A DNA stretch of 64,000 nt from Callorhinchus milii (GCF_018977255.1 NW_024704751.1:13206001-13270000), one strand, 5' to 3'. Positions 13,201-26,210 are shown, counted from the stretch's first letter. Notes: generated from the sequence alone by a model not told the origin. A program made the numbers and translations.

Positions 13201-14654
13201 AGCAAGTGTTGATTCTTTCAAACACAGATTAGATAGTTTTCTTTTAGGAAATAACATTATGGGATACAGCACAGAGGGAGTTTGGGACATATGTGTATAC
13301 GACCTCCAGGAAAGTGGAAGGCGAACTAGATGGACTTTGGTCTTTGTTTGTCTAGCATTTCTTATGATCAACATGATAGGTGTGTCAACAGAACCACCCA
13401 CCTCTTCAGGGCAATTACTATTAAAGAGGAGTGACTCATTGAGAAAGCCAGGGTGATACATGGGTTTCTGAAAGAAACCAACCTTTAATGTTGTCCAAGA
13501 GACTTAGCTTAGTTCAATCAGTTGAAAACTCTCTATCAGTTTAGGTTAAAATCAAGTCAATGATTTTATAATGCTACTCAATTAATAGAACACAGCTCTT
13601 TTTATGCTAACTCCAGGATTCAAATACTATATAGCAGATCACTGCTTTACCTTTTAGTTTTCCAAAGCAAGCCTTTTTGCAGTGGAAAGAACATCACTAT
13701 GGAAGAAAAATAAATCCTTGCATTTGCCTCATCCGGTCGTTGAAACATCTCAAAGGACTTCACAGGCTTTACTGCAAACGGTAGTGACTGTGGATTTTTA
13801 GGCAAGTCAAAAAGAAGGAAGAACTTTTTTTAAAAAAAATCGATAAAAACACCTCTTTAGAAACGGAAAAGCATTGTATGTATGTAAAAAAAAATCTTTA
13901 TTTCCGAAAATGTTTCATTATGAATCAATTGGCTCAATGATCCACTTCATCTGCTCTCTATTTACAAGGTTCGCAAGATTCGAGAGGGTCAAAAACAATT
14001 TTTAAAATTACATTTCCTAAGGTTGTCCACATGTTCAGAGAAACCACTGGGTCAAAGTGGTACCACAGCAAAGACAGCAACTTAAGACTGTGCGTGAGTT
14101 TCCAACTGAATCTTCCCAACAGAAGCACATGAGCATCGTCAGAGGAGGTCAGTGAAGTGATACTTGGCCAGTCCATAGCAGATGGAAATCACAACAGATT
14201 TGTAATGGGAGAAATAGGGGAAGAGGTGGGCCTTTGAATCCTTGAAGGTAAAATAACACAATATTAATAATAATATTACTAGTAATCCTTGCATTTGATA
14301 TAGCGCCTTATGACGCCTTCGAGACTTCTCAATGAGCTTCACAGAATATCGGGAAAAAAAGTGAATTCACTGTATATATTGTGGGCGAAAAGTGACAGTT
14401 AATTGCGCACAGCAGTGTCCCACAAACAGTCGTGGATTGAATGACTTGGGGGTGGGATTATTACCCTGGAAAGCGATCTGCCAATCAACTAATAAACGGG
14501 TTCCTACTTACTGCTAGGTAAACAGAGGCGTGTGGACGAAGGAAATGGATTGACGGGTCAAATCATTTTTGTTTAAGAGCTTATTAGCCTTGGGAGAGGA
14601 ATCGCCAAAGTAAAACAAGTCTGATTAAATGTGAAAGAGTGCATTTGCGGTTGG

Positions 14655-17600
14655 TTAGTCTTCCATGAGAACCTGTATTTCCCATCCTTCAAGAACATCT
14701 GTAGCAGGCGGTGAAGGTGAGGTTGGTTTGCCTATCAGTTGGCTTTCCTGTCGAGTGTATTGAAATGCTGGTATCTCGCTCTCGATAAGAGGCATCAGAG
14801 TTTGCAACTGGCTCAGTGTCTCGTCCTTCACGGTTTGTAGCAAAGCTGCTTGCTCCCCATTATTTACGACGTATTTTAAATCCAACGCGAAGCCCCTTTC
14901 TGCCAACGAGACCCCATTATTGGAAAGGTAGACTTCACTTGCCACTCGCAATGGACTCCCTTCATTGTCCAGCTGCATATCAGCATTCAAGCAGTTAGAA
15001 TTCTTTGGTGACCCAGTCAGAATTGTGCCGTAGGTTTGAGTCAGTGGGACCGATCCATTCTGACTTGCATATCCAGTAGTTTGCAAACTCGCTGCTAGCT
15101 GTGGACAATATGGTGAAGAGTTTACGCTGCTAACTGCTTGAGGGGATGAATGCCTCACATTTGCACGCTGATGGTTTGCTGTAAAGTCCCCCTGTTGTGA
15201 GCTGGACTGGGGTTGGGGTACCCAGGTCTTACCCGGGTTTACCGAGGCAACCGATTTGCATCGATGGTTCTGCTCTGGATCCGCTAAATGACGGATGTCT
15301 TTCATGGAGATGACTTGCTGGAACTCATAATCTCCTTCCGTGCTCTCACTTCTTGTAACCAGGCTCAATGTTGGTGTTGAGGGATTCCTGTTAAGCAGTG
15401 ATCCTAAATTCTGCAATTCAGAACAAAAAAATGTAATAATAACATTAAACGTTGCATTTGATATGGCTAGCGCATTATCATGTTGTTGAGACATCTCAAA
15501 GCGCTTCACGGGATATACTATACAGTGGTTTACTGTGTATTTTGTGGGCAAATATGCCACATATTGCACAGGGCAGTGTCCCACAAACAGTCATGAAGTC
15601 AACGACCAATTTTATAATTTATAATCCTTACATTCGGTATAGCGCTTTTCACTTTTTGAAGAAGACTCAAAGTGCCTCACAGGATATACTGTAAAGTACG
15701 GTGACTGTCTTTTGTGGGCATAACACGGCAGCCAATCTCCTATCGGAGGAATTGTTGGCCAGGGCTCCGGGAGAAACTCCCTTCTCTTTTCGAATGGCAT
15801 CAGATCTTTATTGCCACTTGAACAGGAAGATAAGACCTCAACTTAATGCATCATCCAAAGGATGTAAATGCCAATAGTGCAACGCTACCCAGAGAGTCAG
15901 CCTAGACTATGAGCTAGAAAGTGCGGCTTAAACCCACAACCTTCTGACGCAGAGAATTGTAATTGAACATACCAGAGATGCTGGTAATCTTTGCCCAAGT
16001 GTTACATAACGGTATGCCAAACAGCAAATTGTGGAAATAATCACTGTTCCAAGGAATAGAAATACCACCAGTATATTGTAGGGCACATCTAGAAGGCAAA
16101 CAAAGTAAATGAATTATTGAAACACATTTCCATTACCTGAGCGGCAGCCAACTACACGCGTGCACATACGCACTGTATGCCAAACACGCCTCTTCCACAA
16201 CACATAAAGCACCAGGAAAAACGTCTTACCTTTCAACGTATAGAAGCAGAATTCGACAGTTTTACTCTGTTTTTTATTTATGTTACGCTCTAACAGAAGC
16301 TGGACTGTCCCACAGTAGTATGTTTCTGGCTCCAACGTTTCGATTTTAAGATGCTCCCTTGTTGCTGACCTGTATGTTTGCTGCGGACAGAAATTGACAA
16401 GTTGCTATTTGGAGGACACAAGGCCAGACAGCTGCCACCGTGAGCTGCAGCCAAATAACCACTCACTCTCTCTTAAATTCGGTTGCAATGGTTTCAAATT
16501 TTACCGTTTCATTTGAGTGTTTGCGCCGAAGTTTGACAGAATATTCAGTGGTTCCAAATTTGCCTTCAATGGAACAGGAGCTTTTCCTGGAACATGGAAA
16601 TTTAGGAAGCTCCACTGAAATGGAAATCGACCTCGCACTTGTCTTGTACTTTATACCAGGTGCTTCTATCGTAGCTGCGGAGAGGGGAAAAAAAGACAGG
16701 GAATGTTTTATAACATGGGTCTTTCATTGTAGAGTGTTCATCATAATGAGCCCAGTACAGTGAGCAATGTATACAGAGTCCTGTGGCATATCGAATAGCC
16801 TTGGGCAAGTTTTCCTACCCCTCACGCCTCTGTTTACCTAGTCGTAAGTAGGAACCCAGTGTCTAGTCGATTGGCGGATCGCTTTCCAGGGGTAATAATC
16901 ACTCTCCCAAATAATTTGGTCATTCAATCCACGACTGTTTGTGGGACACTGCTGTGCGCAATTGGCTGCTATGTTTCGCCCACAAATATACAGTCAATTC
17001 ACTTTACAGTATATTCTGTGAAGCGCTTTGAGATGTCTGAATGACTTGATAAGATGCTTATATTAAATGCAAGGATTATTATTATTATTATTATACTCAC
17101 TGTTCTCAAAGGGGCAGAATCGCTCAGATAAAGACCATGTTGAATTAGTCCTGTTTGAGATCACTCTTGCATAGAACCATTCTATATCTTTCTCAGTCTC
17201 ATTGGTTAGGTCACATTCGCAGGCTGTGATGTGTTGGCATTCTGTTTTATTTTTCCACAATTCATCTCCGTAGCTGGAAAAGGAACGGAATATTTCAGCG
17301 CGGTCGACCGAGAGGAGGGTCTTGAGACGGGCCTTGAAGGAGGCAAGGGAGGAAGCGAGGCGAAGGGACTGTGGGATGGAGTTCGAAAGGTGAAATGAAA
17401 AGTGCATTTCAAATGTAAATTTGTACTGTATTATAGTCTGTCTTGGAACTTACATTTTATACTGCACATCATATACAGCTCCTGGAGAGAAGTTGCCTTT
17501 CTGATACCAAATGAGGATATTTTTGAAGTTAACGGACTGGAAGATCACATTTGTGGCGGACTCAATTCCATGCGTAGATGATCCTTTATTTATAAAGAAA

Positions 17601-18634
17601 AAGAGGTAAAAAGAGACTAATACGTTTAAACTTTTTGGCTCACAAAACGTTCTTTTCAAAACACAATGTCTTGTCTAACACATGTGGAACAACAACAACT
17701 TGGATGTATATAGCGCCCTCCACGCCGGATGACGTCTCAGAGCACTTTACAGTAACGGATGCTGGGACTGAGCCGGGGGGTGGGGGGGGGCGGGGAAGGT
17801 GACCGAAGGCGCGATCGAAAAGAAAGGTCTTCAGCAGAGACCTGAAAATGGGAAGAGAGGGGGCGAGGGGAAGGGAGTGAGGAAGGCAGTTCCAGAGCCT
17901 CGGGGCATAGTGGCTGAAGGCACGGCCGCCGAGGGTGGAGCGGAGGACTCGGGAGACGAGGAGGAGGCCAGACCCGGAAGAACGGAAGCAACAGGTACTG
18001 TTTTGAGGAGAGAGGAGGTCAGAGAGGTCGGCGGGTGCAGAGGAGTACAGGGACTTGAATACAAGGGTGAGGATCTTGAAGTCGATCCTCTCTGGGATTG
18101 GCAGTCAGTGCAGTCTGGCCAGGACTGGGGGAATCGGGGAGCAGAGTTTCGTGCAGGTGAGAATGCGGGCGGCAGACTTTTGAATGATTTGGATTTTATC
18201 ATTCAAAATTTTATCATTTGGAAACCCATCACATTGCTTAAGATTATCCAGAGGAGACTGACAGTCCCTGTACATGATACCTACACATTTCATGTATTTC
18301 ATGCAGTGCATTTCATGTAGCGCCTTATCACGTCTTTGAGAATATAGTGTAAAGTGAATTGACTGTTTATTTTGTGGGTGAAACACGACAACCACTCGGG
18401 CACAGCAGTGTCCCACAAAGAGTCGTGGATTGAGTGACCAAATTAGTATTTATATATAAAAAAAAGTTTTGAAAGCATTAATAACCCCTGGAAAATAAAG
18501 CAGAAAAAAAAGCCCTGGAAAATAAATGCTGTCTCTGGGCTACGCCTTGCTCCCAATTTAACTTTTAAAAGAGTTTAAAAGAAAAACTTACCAGCCATGG
18601 AGAGACTTAGGATAATGATCCAACACGGCCACAT
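14655..18634 (-). CDS. IL22RA1: Class II cytokine receptor long chain, interleukin-22 receptor alpha-1-like (about 512 aa)
   Basis: Seven exons: 18592-18634 (signal peptide MWPCWIIILSLSMAG), 17454-17583 (NVIFQSVNFKNILIW..YDVQYK), 17101-17273 (YGDELW..CQHITACECDLT..FYARV), 16505-16674, 16230-16380 (LEPETYYCGTV), 15973-16088 (TM and Box1 LPASL), 14655-15410 (cytoplasmic tail). Total 1539 nt, open, intron phases 1-2-1-0-1-0 as in class II receptors. Four YxxQ motifs. Position between MYOM3 and IFNLR1-like supports IL22RA1; IL20RA-like identity cannot be excluded without a tree. Confidence 0.82.
16800..17093 (+). mobile_element. 5'-truncated SINE filling most of IL22RA1-like intron 3
   Basis: Body and tail match the 56971 element; the (ATT)n tail ends next to the exon 3 donor. 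Confidence 0.85.
17690..18200 (-). mobile_element. L2-clade LINE 3' fragment in IL22RA1-like intron 1
   Basis: Minus-strand translation IQKSAARILTCTK..PIPPVLARLH resembles the L2 ORF2 C-terminus, followed by a C-rich 3' region and a ggcgctata..(GTT)n tail. Confidence 0.82.
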
Positions 18635-21106
18635 TTATTCAACAAAGTGTCCCAGAGTAGCAGAAGTTTTAAAAGATGTTTAACTCAGTCTGGGTCACCT
18701 CCGGAAAACTGGGGGAATTGACTGGACAAGTTACAGAACTGCCAAAGTTCATTCCTTTCTTTATAAAGAAACTTTTCATCCAATTGCCTGTCTTGAAATC
18801 TCAGGAAAGATCTTTTTTGGGGGAAAGAACATAGATCCAATAGTTAGCCACCCGATCCTTGCAGCGAGAATGTCTTCGAGACACAGAACAAGTTCCAGTT
18901 CCTGGTTCTAAAGCAGAAACTGGATTGGATTCCAGTCTGACTGCATTTTGTACTTTGTGTTGAGCCAGGTAGGTAGGGAGGTAGGTGTGTGCAAGCAGCC
19001 CCTTCACCCCTACGAAACCAATTAATCATTTCCTGTAAATGAACACGTGATTAACAGGTAAACTTTACACACTATTTATTTCTCTATAGCTATAATTGTT
19101 ACACAATTCCAAAACACTAATCTGGGTGATTATGTCTCAATGTTTTATAATAATAATACTTGCACTTGATATAGTGCCTTATATTGTGGAGAAGTCTCAA
19201 AGTGCCTCACAGAATATTCTGTCAAGTGAATTGACTGCGTGTCTTGTGGGCAAAACGTACTTTTCAAGTTCAGCTGCAAAAATAATAGATGCTTCTACAA
19301 ATGTTCAGTTTAGCAATGATACGCAGACCAAAATTCCGTGTAAACTTAAGACGACCATTTGGACTTGAGCGTGAAGTTTGCGCAGAAATGTGGAAAGCTT
19401 TTCAATCCAATCTTAACTTGGTTCAGTTGCGATTGGGCAATATAGGATAACCCGGATTCCAAAGGGAGTTTCCACAGATTTATTTAGAATTATGCAATAG
19501 TCAATCCACCCACTGAAGATTATTCTAATCAGAATCCAACAACAATGACTTGTTTTGTGATTAATTTGGCATTTCCATTCAGGATTCTCCAAAGTCAAAG
19601 GTAATCCTCATCAAGTCATTAAGTAAGAGACAGGCACCAAACACTTTGGTCAACCTGGATTTGTATCGAGTATAGGGTTTTCCCGAGTGTAAAGCAAAAA
19701 TGGCTCACAGCACATCACCTTCAACTTTAAAGGCAAGGGGCAGTGAAAGGGGACAGTAGACTTCCTACAAAGGTCTCGAAAGGAATGCGTATCTAAATTA
19801 GACCCATTTAACTGCATGAAACAATTCGTAAAAAAAATCAGTTTTTAATAGAAAATATATAAGTGCAAGTACAATTAGTAATACTTTTTGTGTTCAGTAA
19901 CATTATATAGTACTTGTAGAAATGTTCCAATAACCGTTTAACAGAGAAGAAGTAACCTGAAATACAATTTGATCTGAGTTTGTTTGCATTGTTAACAACA
20001 GAGAACTCCAACACTATTTGATTCCCTTACAACTCAATACAACCACCTAGTGTTGGGAAGAGTACAGGCATTTCTTCCTATGATTGGAAAAATGCCATCA
20101 TTCACCATCAACTTTAGGCAGGCAATTGGCTGGTTTCAAATTCGTCCATTTTTTAAAGAAAACAGTAAAATACTTTTGAGGTTCATAATTTTCGGCACCT
20201 TTAAAATTGTTCATGACCACAATACGAACGTCTGCTGAGTCCCACAAGCCCTTTGAAGTTGTCTGAAAGCGCTCTGAGCTGCTACCCTACTTGGAGGGTG
20301 CAATATAAGTGCAAGTTGTTGTTGAAACTATTCCAGCTCATGGATGCGAGTTCAATGTGGCTTCAAAAGTCAGAAATGCATGTTTGGTTCCACTAATAGC
20401 ACCTACATTTTCAATACATTAGTAGGCAAAATATAAATGTATTCCTTTGTTTAGAAAAAATTGCTGCATTTACAGTGTATGAATGATTAGAAAATTTAAA
20501 AAAAAACACTTTGCCAGACTGGCTGTTTGCCTTCTGATTCAGAGGCCTCTGAATCAGAAGATTGTGGGTTCAAACCCTTTGACAACACTCTGAACACATA
20601 TATAGTCTGGGCTGACACTCCTGTGCAGTGTGTACTGTTTTGTTGCTGTTCTTCAGATTAGACAGTAAGATCGAGGTCCCATCTTTGTTCAGGTGGCCAT
20701 TCAATTTGGCACGATTCACAAGAGGGCATTTCTCTCTCTCCCTGGTCAACAATCCCCCAGATAAAATTTCATGGCTGTATGTCACTCATGTCATGGGTGT
20801 ATGTGGGACATTGATATGTGCAAATTAGGAGTCGACACAATAGAGTCAGTACACATTTCAGTACATCCTGCAAAAATGCTTTGAGACATCTTCCCAACGT
20901 CAATTCTCTCTAGAACCCTCTTAAAATCCCTCCATCTTGCACACTTCTGCATTTCCCAAAAACCTACCTCTTCTGACTCACTCTTATCTCCCACCGCCCC
21001 ACACCCAATTTCACACTCCTGTCTCTGTGAAGCACTTTTGAGATATTTTCCTATGTGAGAGATGCTACTGGATAAGATCAAGTCATTAAAACAGCTAATG
21101 TTGTTG

Positions 21107-24100
21107 TCAGAGTATCTGGAGAGATGACAAAGGGATGTCACCTTGACTGGGTTGTTCTTGACCTTGATCCAATATAAAAATCAATGGCTTGCATTGTTCG
21201 TTGTAACGTTTGCAACTAAATTCAACAGAGCTGAAATTGGACGGGCTGGAAATGGCGAAATAGCATTTTGTCAGATGGCTGTTGGGCTCAGTGAGGTGAG
21301 TGCCCTGGCTCTGTCCATCGCCGCTCCTTTCCTGCTCGTGTCTTTCTGTGCCGAGAGTCTGGTGTCTCGTATCGTCCTGTGTTTCGGGTTCGTCGAAGGT
21401 CATTCCATCAGGAATCCACCGACTGTCCGTGTAGCCCGGCACCTCATCTTCATCATCGCTCTTGGTGTCTGGGTCAGTGAGAGCCCAATCGTTCCCCTGC
21501 TCCGTCTCCTTTCTTCCGGGGGTGGTGTCAGTCTGGCTGGGGGTTACCTCCTCGCTTTTGGCACAGTGACAGACAGTGACCAACTGATAGGTTTCCAATT
21601 GCTCATCGACAGTCAACGGTATGAAGTGTGTGATCTTCGTGAAATCCTATTAAAAAATAAAATTACGGAGGCCCACGGTCATTTTCAATTCACTTTCGTG
21701 GCAAGTGCATTTTGCGTTTTTAAAATTTTCAGAATACTTTTGGAACTACAGTACAACAACTTGTATTTTATTCAGCGGCCTTCAAAATAGAGCAACGACT
21801 CAAGAATGTGACAGTACTTACATAAACACACATAATATTTAATCTCAACCTTGTCTACAGTCTGACTATAGCTGTAGTTGCACAGCTCAGGGAAGATGAT
21901 CGAAAGCTCAATCGAAAAGATAGCTTTGGTATTATACAACAACAACTTGCATTTATATAATATCCTTACACGGGGTAATGTCCTGGAACGCTAATATAAT
22001 TGTAGAACAAATTGTATTAGTTTCAATAAAATGAATAGCATCTTTCATTATTATTAACAGAACACAGCAAAGGGTAACACTCACCAGGGAGGCTGGAGTT
22101 TCCAATTTTAAAGGACGAGGGATTCGAAACCAAACGATAAAAGCAATCCCCAATGTCAGAACTAATATTGCCACAAATACTGTTATCACACTATATTCAA
22201 TTTGAAATCCTGAAACAGAAACACATTACTGTTAAAAGTATTGTCACCTGCAGTTTCATTTTATTTTAGACAAGGAGACATAGAGAGGTATTGGTGAAGA
22301 ATGTCTTTAGTTTATCCAGTTGATTGGGAATAATGGAGGAGGGGAGGTAATCAACAGAACTCACATAATATGCAACAGTTAAATCTTTGCTTGATTATCC
22401 GAACTCGTACCTTTTTCTTTTCCAACGAAACAAACGGGTGCAGAGTATTTGCTCTCTTTTTCGAAAAAAATGGATTTGGCGAAAACACAGCAGTTGAAGC
22501 AAGGTAATTCACTGATCCGAATGCGCTCGTCTTGGTGGAGAGATCGCTGATGAGGAAACACAGTTAGCTAAGCTTCATTATTGCAAATAATATTGCAGCG
22601 ATCATATTTAAACCGGCGCGGGCTGGTTGGGCCGAGTGGCCTGTTTCCATGCTGTACATTCTTTGTAATTGCGTCCACTTTTCTAACCTGTGGACCTACT
22701 TCCAACTTGAGTGAATCTAAGACTGATTGCATTGTAAATTTTAAGACGATGGGTGTGAGGCATAAGACCAGAAGAAACTTCAGGCCTCTGGTAGCCAATG
22801 ATCGGACAGTTCGCTTCATGGGGAGGTATAATAAGAACGATGATAACAATCCTTGCATCTGATACAACGCCTTATCACGTTGAGACATCTCAAAGTGCTT
22901 CGCAGAATGTTACCGTGATGTCTGGCTTCTGTGTATTTTGCAGGTGAACACAACAGCCCCGATTTGTGCACAGCGACGTCCCAAAAATAGCCGTGAGGTG
23001 GATTTTATCGGGGGGGGGGGGGGGGGGGGTTATATTGCAATCACACTTTGATTTTGAATGACAATAATTTTTTGGTAACCAGACACGCTACGCTCACTGT
23101 TGTGTCTGAGGTTAGAGACTAAGTAGATTTCACCGAGCCCGTACGTACCATGAATTTCTCATCCGCCTGCCACAATTCTGCCTTGTTTTGCACTTCTATC
23201 AGGCAGTCTTGCAACACCTTTCGCTTGCAGGGACTTAGCTTTGTATGGACACTCATGTTTACAAAGGCTTGGCTCACATTCACGTTCACTTCAGGTGGAC
23301 CGGGTACCACTTGAATTTAAAAAAAAGGACAATTTTTAAATTCATGATGTGCAAATGCATCTTCCCCCCCACCCCACCACCACCAACGGAGCAGTTGAAA
23401 ATGTATTAGTTATGTCATATACTAGTCCCGAGTGCTCTGGGATGCTACGCTGTGTGAGGGGAGCTATGTAAATGCGAGTTGTTGTTGTTGTGAGCTTCCA
23501 GAAGAAAGTTACAGATATTTGGTGCTGGTGGGGATTCAGTTGTGGATTGAGTGACCAAATTATTATTTTAAAAATTAATAATAATTTGAAGGGATTATTA
23601 CCCTTACAAAAGCGATCCGCCAATCAACTAATAACCGGATTCCTGCTTACTGCTAGACAAACCGAGGCGGGTGGAGTAAGGAAATTTCGGCCCGCCCGGG
23701 AATCAAACCCAGGCCCTCTCGCTTGTAAGACGAGCGCTCTAACTACTACACTTCAGGACCCCAAAGTGTGTAAAAAAAATATATAAATACTGTGTTGGAA
23801 AGGATTGAAATGATTGGAGAAGGTCCAGTTAGTTTGCGATGAAACACTTCTGACTCTGGCTCCAAAAGCAGTGTAACACGATTCGATTTCACACGTAACG
23901 TCACATGGAACGCTGCAGTTTGGGAGTTTCAGCCATTCACCTGCCGGCCTGAAAGAGGGCAAAAAAATAAAAAAAAAAATCAAAACCTGCGTCTCTTCTG
24001 CTCTGACGTGTAAAAGAACCGATTCTATGTAAATTCACAATTGTTCCCATTTGACAAAGGATGCATTCATTAAATAACTATCATCTTTGAATCATCTCAA

Positions 24101-25466
24101 AGCGCTTCACAGATCATTGTGGGGCGTAATGACCATGTGTTTGTAGGCAAAGGCACCAGTCGATTGGCTCACACCAATGCCCCACAAGCAGCTAAGAAGT
24201 GAGGTGAGCTAAACTTCAAAGAACTGAAGCACATCCTACTGTTCAAGAGCTAGTCAACAGAAGTAGTTTCAAAAGTTCTAAACCAAAGCCTAACCTACTT
24301 CGCTTTGAACTCACAGGATATCCTATTAAGGACAATTGTACAACTCAGAAATTTGCAGAAGATTAACCATTTACAATGCCTTTCTTTGAAACTCCAAACA
24401 CTGGATTGTAGTCTGAGAGAATAAAGCACAGTTTGTTACAGGTTAATCAATTATAGTTAGTTTATAAATAAAACTATAAATACACTCAAGCCTCAGTTAC
24501 CTTATGTTCACTTCAGTGTCAGGTGGAGGATCTGAAGGGTCAGTCCAGTTTAAGAAGATCCTGAAATTCTCTGAACTCAAGATCACCTTTTGAGGAGAAG
24601 CCATAGGCATATGACCTAAAACACATCTCAATATAAGCACCCAGGAAATAACACACAATATTGTACAAAGAATAATTTGCAGCTGCTAGTTACAGTAACT
24701 GCCTTGAAATGACACAGTACATAGCAATATCAAATGCAAGGATTATTATATTGATGAGGCACTTTGCATAATCCGTTATCTCACCCCACCCTCTTGAACT
24801 CCATTGTTATTTATTTTGTCCATTCACTTTACTACTAATAATAATCCCTCCAAAACCAAAAACAATAATAAATTGGTCATTTTCAATCTACGACTGTTTG
24901 TGGGACATTGCTGTGCGCAATTGGCCGCCGCGTCCGCCCACAAATATACAGTCAATTCACTTTACAGTGTGTTCTGTGAAGCGCTTTGGGACGTCCTCCC
25001 GACGTGAAAGGCGCTGTACAAATGTAATTTTGTTGCTGTTGTTTTTATTAGTCCCCAGACAGCAAAGTCAAGCAGTTTTGGAAGGCCGCAAAGTGGGTGG
25101 GGGGCTGGGGGGGGGCTGGGGGGGGTGGGCTGGGGGGAGAGGGTGGTGGGGGGGGAGAGGGTGGTGGGGGAGGGCTGGGGGTGGGGGGCTGGGGGAGGGT
25201 GGGGAAGAGTGGGTGGGGGAGGGGGTTGGGGGGAATAGTGAGTGGGGGAGGGGGGTGGGGGGAAGAGTGGGTGGGGGAGGGGGGTGAGGGAGGGGGAAGA
25301 GAACACATGCATTGCTCTTTACCAAAAAAAAAGCCTTTTACACCAACGCGAGAGGTGACCGACGCTGCGGCGCAAATCATACTGTACCTATCGCGCAGGT
25401 GAGGAGGAGGTACAGCGGTATCTGAGGGCAGTATTTGGGCCGAAGTGATGCTATTCCTCCCCACAT
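21107..25466 (-). CDS. IFNLR1: Class II cytokine receptor, interferon lambda receptor 1-like (about 437 aa)
   Basis: Seven exons: 25388-25466 (MWGGIASLRPKYCPQIPLYLLLTCAIG), 24501-24615 (ASPQKVILSSENFRIFLNW, resembling IFNLR1 APPQNVTLLSQNFSVYLTW), 23791-23948, 23149-23309, 22411-22546, 22085-22209 (TM, Box1 TPASL), 21107-21646 (DF.. tail with acidic DDEDE then GY). Total 1314 nt, open, canonical phases. Tandem and upstream of the IL22RA1-like gene as in tetrapods. Confidence 0.82.
23540..23762 (-). mobile_element. SINE 5' half (tRNA head and central domain)
   Basis: Reverse complement reads gggtcctgaagtgtagtagttagagcgctcg..gggtttgattcccggg, matching the family head. Confidence 0.8.
25093..25297 (+). 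repeat. G-rich low-complexity tract in IFNLR1-like intron 1
   Basis: Continuous G-runs; it generates the Gly/Pro-rich spurious ORFs in the track. Confidence 0.9.
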
Positions 25467-25499
25467 CTCCGCGCAAAACCAGAACCTTTTTCGAGGCTC

Positions 25500-25790
25500 A
25501 TAACCAGAGGCGGCGGTGCTCCTTCTCCACAGCCAAACAGCACCTTCCGCTACACTGTCGCCCCTCCTCCTCCTCCTCCGTTACATTGTAGCTCCGCCCT
25601 TCCGGGCTACAATGTAACCGTTTCCGAGCAATGGACACACCCCTCACACACACACGCACACACACCCGCTTCTTCCTGCTCTGATTGGCTGAAGGGTTTG
25701 GGACCCGCCCCCCCTCCAACCAGGCGCGCCCCGCGATTGGCCGACGGCCGCGTCCGTCACAAAGGACGCGAGACAACAACGTGACAAAAG
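25500..25790 (-). promoter_or_regulatory. CpG-rich promoter of IFNLR1-like gene with GC boxes and CCAAT boxes
   Basis: CpG-dense segment directly upstream of the ATG at 25466; CCGCCC motifs near 25593 and 25705; GATTGG (CCAAT on minus strand) near 25683 and 25735. Confidence 0.6.
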
Positions 25791-25802
25791 GGGAATCGAG
25801 AA

Positions 25803-26210
25803 AGGGGGAGGGGGTGGGGGGGTAAAGGGGGAGGGAGGGGGGTAAAGGGGAGGGAGGGGAGGGGGGTAAAGGGGGAGGGAGGGGCTAAAGGGGAGGGAGG
25901 GGCTAAAGGGGGAGGGAGGGGGGGTAAAGGGGGAGGGAGGGGGGGTAAAGGGGGAGGGAGGGGAGGTAAAGGGGGAGGGAGGGGCTAAAGGGGGAGGGAG
26001 GGGCTAAAGGGGGAGGGAGGGGGTAAAGGGGGAGGGAGGGGGGTAAAGGGGGAGGGGGTAAAGGGGGAGGGAGGGGGGTAAAGGGGGAGGGAGGGGGTTG
26101 GGGGGTAAAGGGGGAGGGGGGTGAGGATGAGGGGGCTGAGGATAAGGGGGGGTGAGGATTAGGGGGGTGGGGGTGAGGGAGTAAGGGCGGGGAGGGGAGG
26201 GGGGAGGTTT
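25803..26210 (+). repeat. G-rich minisatellite, unit about GGGGGAGGGAGGGGGGTAAA
   Basis: Many imperfect 18-20 bp units made of G-tracts separated by A, TAAA or CTAAA. Confidence 0.9.

Noticed and set aside
14655-15584. 309-aa ORF as a stand-alone gene
   Set aside because: The first part (15411-15584) is intronic SINE sequence; the real exon starts at the acceptor at 15410.
17799-18416. Cluster of overlapping ORFs
   Set aside because: Degenerate L2 and SINE fragments in an intron, not host coding sequence.
21143-21790. 215-aa hydrophobic plus-strand ORF resembling a membrane protein
   Set aside because: Antisense shadow of the charged last exon of the IFNLR1-like gene; non-ATG start and no independent gene structure.
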